From: Candidatus Latescibacterota bacterium
GTDB taxonomy: Bacteria; Latescibacterota; UBA2968; UBA8231
Reading direction: 5' to 3'
DNA length: 64,000 nucleotides
NCBI GenBank assembly: GCA_965248355.1
Contig: OZ252098.1
Location: forward strand, 2,528,001-2,592,000
Of this stretch, positions 58,242-64,000 are shown piece after piece; position 1 is the stretch's first letter, and each line of letters starts with the position of its first letter. The position numbers and the translations under genes were made by a program. The notes below the pieces were generated by a model, which was not told the origin of the DNA, did no database searches, and saw only the letters and a program-made list of their open reading frames with translations.

Positions 58242-59004
58242 CATACCGCACGGAGCACAGGCATCTGAGGAAACGCCGGCCAGCGCTTGGGAACGCGATG
58301 CGGCCAAGCGTGCTCTGGATGACCTGTTCAGTATCGCTTGCAGGTACAAGGCAACCAAGGCATACAAGGAATTGGTGGATTTCGTGGCCAGATTCCGGTT
58401 CTACTCACCGTTCAACGCCCTGCTGATCCACGTTCAGAAACCGGGAGCGACTTTCGTTGCTCCGGCCCATCGGTGGCGTGACAAGTACAAGAGAGAAGTA
58501 ATGCCTGGTGCACAGCCGATCGTGATTCTGCAGCCGATGGGACCGGTGATGTTCGTCTTTGACGTCAGCCAGACCGAACCGACAGAGGATGCTCCTCGGC
58601 TGCCGGCAGAAGGCACCAATCCGTTCCTGACGAGCGGTGGAACCATCGGCTGTGGACTCCCGCGGGCTATCGAGAATGGAAAACGGGACGGAGTCCGCAC
58701 AAGCCGTGTCGCCCTCGGCTCTCAAGGGGCCGGTTTAATCAGTGTCTACTCAGGGAATGGAATCTCACAGGAGTTCCAATCTGGATACGACAGCGACAGA
58801 GTGCCGATCTATGTCAAAGTTCCGGTCAGATACGATCTCGTGGTCAATAAGGAACACGGCCCGGAGGAACAGTATGTCACCATCGCTCACGAACTCGCAC
58901 ACCTGTATTGTGGGCACCTTGGCTCGCCTAGTCCCAAGTGGTGGCCCGATCGACGCGGTTTGGCAAAGCCGAAGTTCCCTCCATCAGTCTTGAGCTCGTC
59001 ATGA
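58234..59004 (+). pseudogene. ArdC-like ssDNA-binding domain plus HEXXH metallopeptidase, truncated
   Basis: YSPFNALLIHVQKPGATFVA...W, FDVSQT, AHELAH; ends before the expected downstream E-x-E-A-E helix. Confidence 0.7.
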
Positions 59005-59124
59005 AGACCGCCGGACTCATCGAGTCCATGACGAAACGGTCGTTGAAGCCGCGGCGAGACGAGTCCTCGCAGGGGCGTAGGTGATGCGGCGCGCCGGCGG
59101 CTGCTGAGGAAGGGAGGGAACCTC

Positions 59125-59496
59125 GTGATGGCGAAACCCATCGGGTCGCAGCTGGACCAACTGCGGCTGCTGAAGGACGGCTGGCTCGAGGGGGAAGGGC
59201 TGTCACCAACCGAGACCGGTCTCGATTGGCTGCAAGACGCCTTCGACCGGCATTTGCCGGGCGACGCGCCGCTTCCGCACCTCTACCCGACGGAGACGGG
59301 AGGCGTTCAGGCCGAGTGGTCCATAGGTCCGAAGGAAATCACCTTCGAGTTGAATCTCGTTACCCATTCGGGCGCGTGGCACACGCTCGACACGGAGACC
59401 GGGGAGGTGGAGGAACGGATACTCAACGGTGACGACAGCAGTGACTGGAAGTGGCTGGCGCGCCGGATCGAGGCCATGTTGGCGGACGAAGGATGA
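59125..59496 (+). CDS. Hypothetical protein
   Basis: GGAGGG RBS; LKDGWLEGEG...PHLYPTETGGVQAEW. Confidence 0.65.
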   Translation: MMAKPIGSQLDQLRLLKDGWLEGEGLSPTETGLDWLQDAFDRHLPGDAPLPHLYPTETGGVQAEWSIGPKEITFELNLVTHSGAWHTLDTETGEVEERILNGDDSSDWKWLARRIEAMLADEG

Positions 59497-59586
59497 GACC
59501 GCGCACCGGATGCTGGCGGCTTGATCGCGGCCGGCAGTTTCCCATGGACCCTGTCTGACACTTGGCGATGCGCCCCAAACACAACA

Positions 59587-59620
59587 AAGGGCCGGCACCC
59601 CTCGCGGGGCGCCGGCCCTT
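59587..59620 (-). terminator. Intrinsic terminator after hsp20
   Basis: AAGGGCCGGC...GCCGGCCCTT hairpin followed on the minus strand by TGTTGTGTTT. Confidence 0.75.
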
Positions 59621-59662
59621 CTCCTCACCGCCTGCCTTCGGCGGCCGTCCTGCGGTCGATCG

Positions 59663-60109
59663 TCAGGCGCTGACCTTGACCTCGATCTGCTTCGGCTTGG
59701 CCTCCTCGGCCTTGGGCACGGTCACCGAGAGGACGCCGTCCTTGTAGGTGGCCGCCACCGCCTCGGTGTCGACGGCGGCGGGCAGGTCGAAGGTGCGGGT
59801 GAAGGTGCCGTGGGCCCGCTCCACGCGGTGCGCGCCTCCCTCCTTCGACTCCTTCTCCCGGTGGCGCTGACCCTTGATCATCAGTCGGCCGTCGACCACG
59901 GTGATCTCGAGATCCTCTTTCCCGATGCCGGGGAGATCGGCGTGGATCAGGAACTCGTGGTCCGTCTCCCTGATGTCCACGGAGGGGCGCCAGACCGTCC
60001 CTTCTCCGTTGGTCGCGCCCTCATCCTTGGGCCACAGGTCGTCGAACAGCCGGTCGACGTCCCTGCGCAGGCTGAAGAGCTCACGGGGCTGCCAGCGAAC
60101 GAGTGCCAT
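59663..60109 (-). CDS. Hsp20/alpha-crystallin small heat-shock protein
   Basis: WRPSVDIRE, ADLPG, ERAHGTFTRTF, YKDGVLSVTVPK. Confidence 0.95.
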   Translation of the reverse strand: MALVRWQPRELFSLRRDVDRLFDDLWPKDEGATNGEGTVWRPSVDIRETDHEFLIHADLPGIGKEDLEITVVDGRLMIKGQRHREKESKEGGAHRVERAHGTFTRTFDLPAAVDTEAVAATYKDGVLSVTVPKAEEAKPKQIEVKVSA

Positions 60110-60310
60110 TTCATTTCCTCCTGTCTTGGATCGGGGCATCCGCCCCGACCGCGGTGGGTTTGGTTGGCGACGACTCAGAGTGCAAAAGCCGTACCACCGG
60201 CGCATCTCCCGGGATTTCGCCGCGCGACGGGAGAGGAAAGTGCTGAAATGGCAGATCGGACGACGATAAATGGCTGACAGACAGGCCTCTGACTGCCGAT
60301 AGGGCAGGAT

Positions 60311-61366
60311 TCAGGGGCGGCCTGACTCCGGGCTCTCGGGATTGCTGAGGGATTTCTGCCGGCGCCGGTGAGCCAGTTCGCGCATGTCCACGGCGGTGTC
60401 GAACTCGCCGACGATCTCGGTGCCCAGGATCTCCTCGAGCACGTCCTCGAGGGTGACCAGGCCGGCCAGACCCCCGTACTCGTTGATCGCCATCACCAGG
60501 TGCTGCCGCGTCTCCAGCAGGCGCCGCAGCAGCCGGTCGGCGGTCAGCGTCTCGGCGACGAAGTCCACGGGCCGCATCATCTCCTCGAGGGTGCGGCCCC
60601 ACTCTCCCTCGGCCATGGCCGCGAGCAGGTCCTGCCGGTGCACCATGCCCACCACGTCGTCGCTGTCGCTGTCGTACACGGGCACGCGGCCGTGGTTCAG
60701 GGACTGCACCGAGTCGCGCACCTCGCCGACGGTGGAGGCCACGGCCAGGGAGAACACCACCGTGCGCGGGGTCATGATGTCGCGCACCATCGTCGCCTCG
60801 AGGCCGAGGACGTTCTCGATGACGGCGGCCTCGTCGGCGTCGATGGCGCCTTCCTTGTGGCCGAGGCGGGCCATGACCAGCAGCTCTTCCTCGGAGACGC
60901 CGGGGGAACCCGGGTCCCGGGCGATGAGCCGCGTGACCTGTCCGGTGAGCCAGATGAGGGGTCGGAAGAGCCAAACCATGGCCAGCAGGGGGCGAGCCAC
61001 GGGGCCCGCCAGGCCGCGGCTGTAGACGACGCCCGCGGTCTTGGGGATCACCTCGGAGAACAGGAGAATCGCCAGGGTGAAGGCGGCGGAGAACAGCCAG
61101 AGGCGGTCGTCGCCGAAGACGACGACGTAGGCCGCGCCCGCCCAGGCCGCTCCGGCGGTGTTGGCGATGGTGTTCAGGGACAGGATGGCGGCGATGGGGC
61201 GGGCCACCTGCTCGCGCAGCGCGCGCAGGATGCGCCCCGTCTTCTTGCCGGCCTCGGCCATGGCTTCCACGTGGCCGACGGGCACGGAGTAGAGGACCGC
61301 TTCGAAGAGCGAGCACATGGCCGAAAAGCCGACGGCCAGGGCGACGGCCAGGACCAGCTCCGTCAT
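60311..61366 (-). CDS. CNNM/DUF21 plus CBS-domain (hemolysin-like) protein
   Basis: CSLFEAVL, LNTIANT, SEVIPKT, IMTPR, GLVTLEDVLEEILG. Confidence 0.92.
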   Translation of the reverse strand: MTELVLAVALAVGFSAMCSLFEAVLYSVPVGHVEAMAEAGKKTGRILRALREQVARPIAAILSLNTIANTAGAAWAGAAYVVVFGDDRLWLFSAAFTLAILLFSEVIPKTAGVVYSRGLAGPVARPLLAMVWLFRPLIWLTGQVTRLIARDPGSPGVSEEELLVMARLGHKEGAIDADEAAVIENVLGLEATMVRDIMTPRTVVFSLAVASTVGEVRDSVQSLNHGRVPVYDSDSDDVVGMVHRQDLLAAMAEGEWGRTLEEMMRPVDFVAETLTADRLLRRLLETRQHLVMAINEYGGLAGLVTLEDVLEEILGTEIVGEFDTAVDMRELAHRRRQKSLSNPESPESGRP

Positions 61367-61449
61367 GGAGAGCCTCCAGGTGAGGGGACCCGCGGCGGCG
61401 GGATGGCCGGACGCGGGGCGCAGCTAGGATACAGCGAGGGTGAGGGCGG

Positions 61450-63087
61450 TCACAATTGATCCCACCCGAGGGCTGGGTCGGCGTACACGAAACGGCCGCC
61501 CACCATGGTCGCCGAGACCGGCAGGGAGGCCAGGTCCATGGGGTCCACGGCGAAGGGGTCCTCGGCCAGGACCACGAGGTCGGCGAGCCGGCCCGGGGCC
61601 AGCGACCCGAGGCGGTCCTCCACGCCGCCGGCGAAGGCCGCCCCCCGGGTGAAGCCGCGCACCGCCTCGGCCACGGACAGCCTCTGCCGCGGCTGCCAGC
61701 CAGCGGGGCCCGGAGAGCCGTCCGCCCGGCGGCGGGTGACCGCGGCGTGGAGGCCGGCCAGCGGCGGGATCGGCTCCACCGGCGTGTCGGAGCCGAAGGC
61801 CAGCACCGCCCCGGCCCGCCGCAGCGACTCGAAGGCGTAGGCCCAGGGCGCCCGCTCACGGCCCCAGAACCGGTCCACCATGGGGTAGTCGCTGGTGGCG
61901 TGAACCGGCTGCACCGAGGCCACCACTTGCAGCTCCGCGAAGCGGGGGATGTCTTCCGGGTCGATGACCTGCGCGTGCTCGATGCGGTGCCGCAGCCGTC
62001 TGGTGCCGGCTTCCTTCTCGGCGGCCCTGGCCAGGGCCAGCGCGTCCAGGGCCTCGCGGTTGGCGCGGTCCCCGATGGCGTGGACGAAGCAGGCGAGGCC
62101 GTGCCGGCTGGCCCGGGTCACGGTCTCGCGCAGCTCCTCCGGCGGCATGAGGGGCATGCCGAGGTTGCCGGGCTCGTTCTCGTAGGGGGCCAGCATCCAG
62201 GCCGTTCGCGGCCCCAGGGCGCCGTCGGCGAAGAGCTTGATGCCGCCGATCCACAGCATGTCGTCGCCGAAGCCGGAGCGCAGACCGGTGCCGATGGCCT
62301 CGTCCAGCCGGCTCGCCGGGATCGACTTGCAGACGCGGAGTCCCTCGTGGCCGCGCTCGCGCAGGATCTGCCAGGCCCGCAGCGCCCGGATGCCGTCGAG
62401 GTCGTGCACGCCCGTCAGGCCGCAGCGCCGGGCCGCGGGCAGGGCGGCGGCCATGGCGGCGGCGGCCTGCTCCGCCGTCACCTCCGGCAGGTGGGCGGCC
62501 ACCAGGCCCGAGGCCTCCTCGAGGAAGACCCCCGTGGGCTCGCCGGCGCCGTCGCGGACCACGGTGCCGCCGGGAGGATCCTGGGTCCGCCGGGTCACCC
62601 CCGCCGCGCCCAGGGCCAGGGTGTTCGCCCAGGAGGCGTGTCCGCTCTTGGCGGTGAGGAAGACGGGGTGATCGGGCGCGGCGCGGTCCAGGAGGTGGCG
62701 GGTGGGCAGCTCGCCGGAGCCCCAGCGGTTGTGGTTCCAGCCGTGGCCGAGGATCCACTCGCCGGGTGGGGTCGAGGCGGCCCGCTCGCGGACGGCGTCC
62801 AGCACGTCCTGCAGCCGCGGGAGGTCGGCGTCGATGCGGGTCAGGCCGAGGGCGAAGCCCTCGAAGTGGAGGTGGGCGTCCACCAGGCCCGGCAGCACGC
62901 AGGCGCCCTCGAGGGAGATCCGGCGCGCGGCGGCGGGCGCCGCGGCCAGGACCTCGTCGTCGGTGCCGGTTGCGGCGATGCGCCCGCCCCGGATCCACAG
63001 GGCCGAGGCCCGCGGCCGGCCGGCCTGAAGGGTGTGCACCCGGCCGCCGCTGAGGACGAGATCGCCGTGGTCGCAGGGGTCTTGCAT
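61450..63087 (-). CDS. Amidohydrolase (YtcJ / Amidohydro_3 type)
   Basis: PGLVDAHLH, KLFADGALG, HAIGD, RIEHAQ, GSDTPV. Confidence 0.92.
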   Translation of the reverse strand: MQDPCDHGDLVLSGGRVHTLQAGRPRASALWIRGGRIAATGTDDEVLAAAPAAARRISLEGACVLPGLVDAHLHFEGFALGLTRIDADLPRLQDVLDAVRERAASTPPGEWILGHGWNHNRWGSGELPTRHLLDRAAPDHPVFLTAKSGHASWANTLALGAAGVTRRTQDPPGGTVVRDGAGEPTGVFLEEASGLVAAHLPEVTAEQAAAAMAAALPAARRCGLTGVHDLDGIRALRAWQILRERGHEGLRVCKSIPASRLDEAIGTGLRSGFGDDMLWIGGIKLFADGALGPRTAWMLAPYENEPGNLGMPLMPPEELRETVTRASRHGLACFVHAIGDRANREALDALALARAAEKEAGTRRLRHRIEHAQVIDPEDIPRFAELQVVASVQPVHATSDYPMVDRFWGRERAPWAYAFESLRRAGAVLAFGSDTPVEPIPPLAGLHAAVTRRRADGSPGPAGWQPRQRLSVAEAVRGFTRGAAFAGGVEDRLGSLAPGRLADLVVLAEDPFAVDPMDLASLPVSATMVGGRFVYADPALGWDQL

Positions 63088-63165
63088 CGGCTCTCCGGTG
63101 GTCGTGCCTATCTTAAGCGGTGAAGCTCGCCGCCTCCGCCGACCAAATCAACGATCGATCGCGCC

Positions 63166-64000
63166 GTGAACGATACCCAGTCGCTGGCCACCCGCACCCT
63201 GCGGGGCCTGTTCTGGACCGGCAGCGCCTTCGTCCTCCAGATCGCCACCACCCTGGTGTTCTACCGCCTCCTCGGGGCCGAGCGCATGGGCGGGTTCGAG
63301 TGGGCCCTGCTGCTGGTGATGCTCGTCGCCCTGCTCTGCGACCTCGGCCTGGGCAGCGCCCTCGTGCAGGACCGCGAGGCCGGCGACGAGCACTTCGACG
63401 CCGCCTTCTGGACCTGCCTGGCCTTCGGCTCGGCCATGACCGCCCTGGTCCTGGTCCTGGCTCCGTCCCTGGCCGGCTGGCTCTCCCGGGCGGAGACGGC
63501 GAACTTCGAATCGATCCTGTCGCGGCTTGTCCTGCTCGTCCCCTTCGCCTCGGTCTCCGGCGTCTTCCGGGCCCGCCTGCAGCGGGACCTGCGCTGGCGC
63601 GCCATGGCCGCCGCCGAGATCGCCGCCTCCTTCGTCCACGCCGCCCTCTCCTTCTCCCTGCTCGCCGCCGGCCACGGGGTCATGAGCGTCGTCTACGGCG
63701 CCCTGGCGCGCGAGGTCGTCCTGCTCGCCGGGCTGGCCGTGGCCGCCCGCTGGCTGCCCCGTCCGGCCCTGCGCCCCTCGGCCCTGCGGCGCATCGCCGC
63801 CTTCGGCCTCAACCTCACCGGCTCGCGCTGCCTCCAGTACCTCAACAGCAACCTCCCCCGACTGTTCATCTACCCCCTTCTCGGGGAGGCGGCCATGGGC
63901 CACTTCAGCTTCGCCTACCGCCTCACCCTGCTGCCGCTGGTGCGTCTCTCCACCGTCATCACCCGGGTGTTCTTCCCCACCTTCTCGGCCATCCAGAAGG
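63166..64000 (+). CDS. Wzx-like polysaccharide flippase; runs off the window end
   Basis: Manual translation from GTG 63166: SLATRTLRGLFW...DLGLGSALVQ...AAFW...RVFFPTFS. Confidence 0.85.
   Translation, partial: MNDTQSLATRTLRGLFWTGSAFVLQIATTLVFYRLLGAERMGGFEWALLLVMLVALLCDLGLGSALVQDREAGDEHFDAAFWTCLAFGSAMTALVLVLAPSLAGWLSRAETANFESILSRLVLLVPFASVSGVFRARLQRDLRWRAMAAAEIAASFVHAALSFSLLAAGHGVMSVVYGALAREVVLLAGLAVAARWLPRPALRPSALRRIAAFGLNLTGSRCLQYLNSNLPRLFIYPLLGEAAMGHFSFAYRLTLLPLVRLSTVITRVFFPTFSAIQK

Noticed and set aside
1..64000. Many long overlapping Arg/Pro/Gly-rich ORFs (e.g. 523-1899 +, 6152-8563 -, 9586-11505 +, 30213-32015 +)
   Set aside because: Shadow frames of real genes in high-GC DNA; they lack family motifs.
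1..64000. CRISPR array, tRNA or rRNA genes
   Set aside because: No regularly spaced repeats, cloverleaf or rRNA-like sequence noticed by eye.

Overview
High-GC bacterial chromosomal window. Housekeeping, envelope and catabolic genes (two TonB-dependent receptors, one behind a TPP riboswitch; GT2/rfbD cluster; ABC/FtsX pair; Fe-ADH/LarA-like/DSD1/Zn-ADH operon; Hsp20; CNNM; amidohydrolase; flippase) alternate with decaying accessory patches (~14.6-18.8 kb, ~21.7-24.9 kb, ~36.9-50.8 kb). These patches hold three IS256-family elements, one IS5-family element, an IS91/ISCR remnant and many pseudogenes. Main points of interest: (1) a complete herA-mre11(sbcD)-rad50(sbcC)-nurA operon in the archaeal gene order, coupled to a truncated ArdC-like/HEXXH gene; (2) a 368-aa HEPN-motif gene that only appears after two IS insertions are excised; (3) a decaying conflict-type module of small putative toxin, IrrE/ImmA peptidase, Cys phosphatase and ADP-ribosylglycohydrolase; (4) tandem paralogs with a TonB-like anchor, a Pro/Glu linker and a possible LolA-like domain; (5) repeated copies of the Zn-ADH 3' end that look like integration scars. 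All family calls come from motif recognition by eye; no database search was run.
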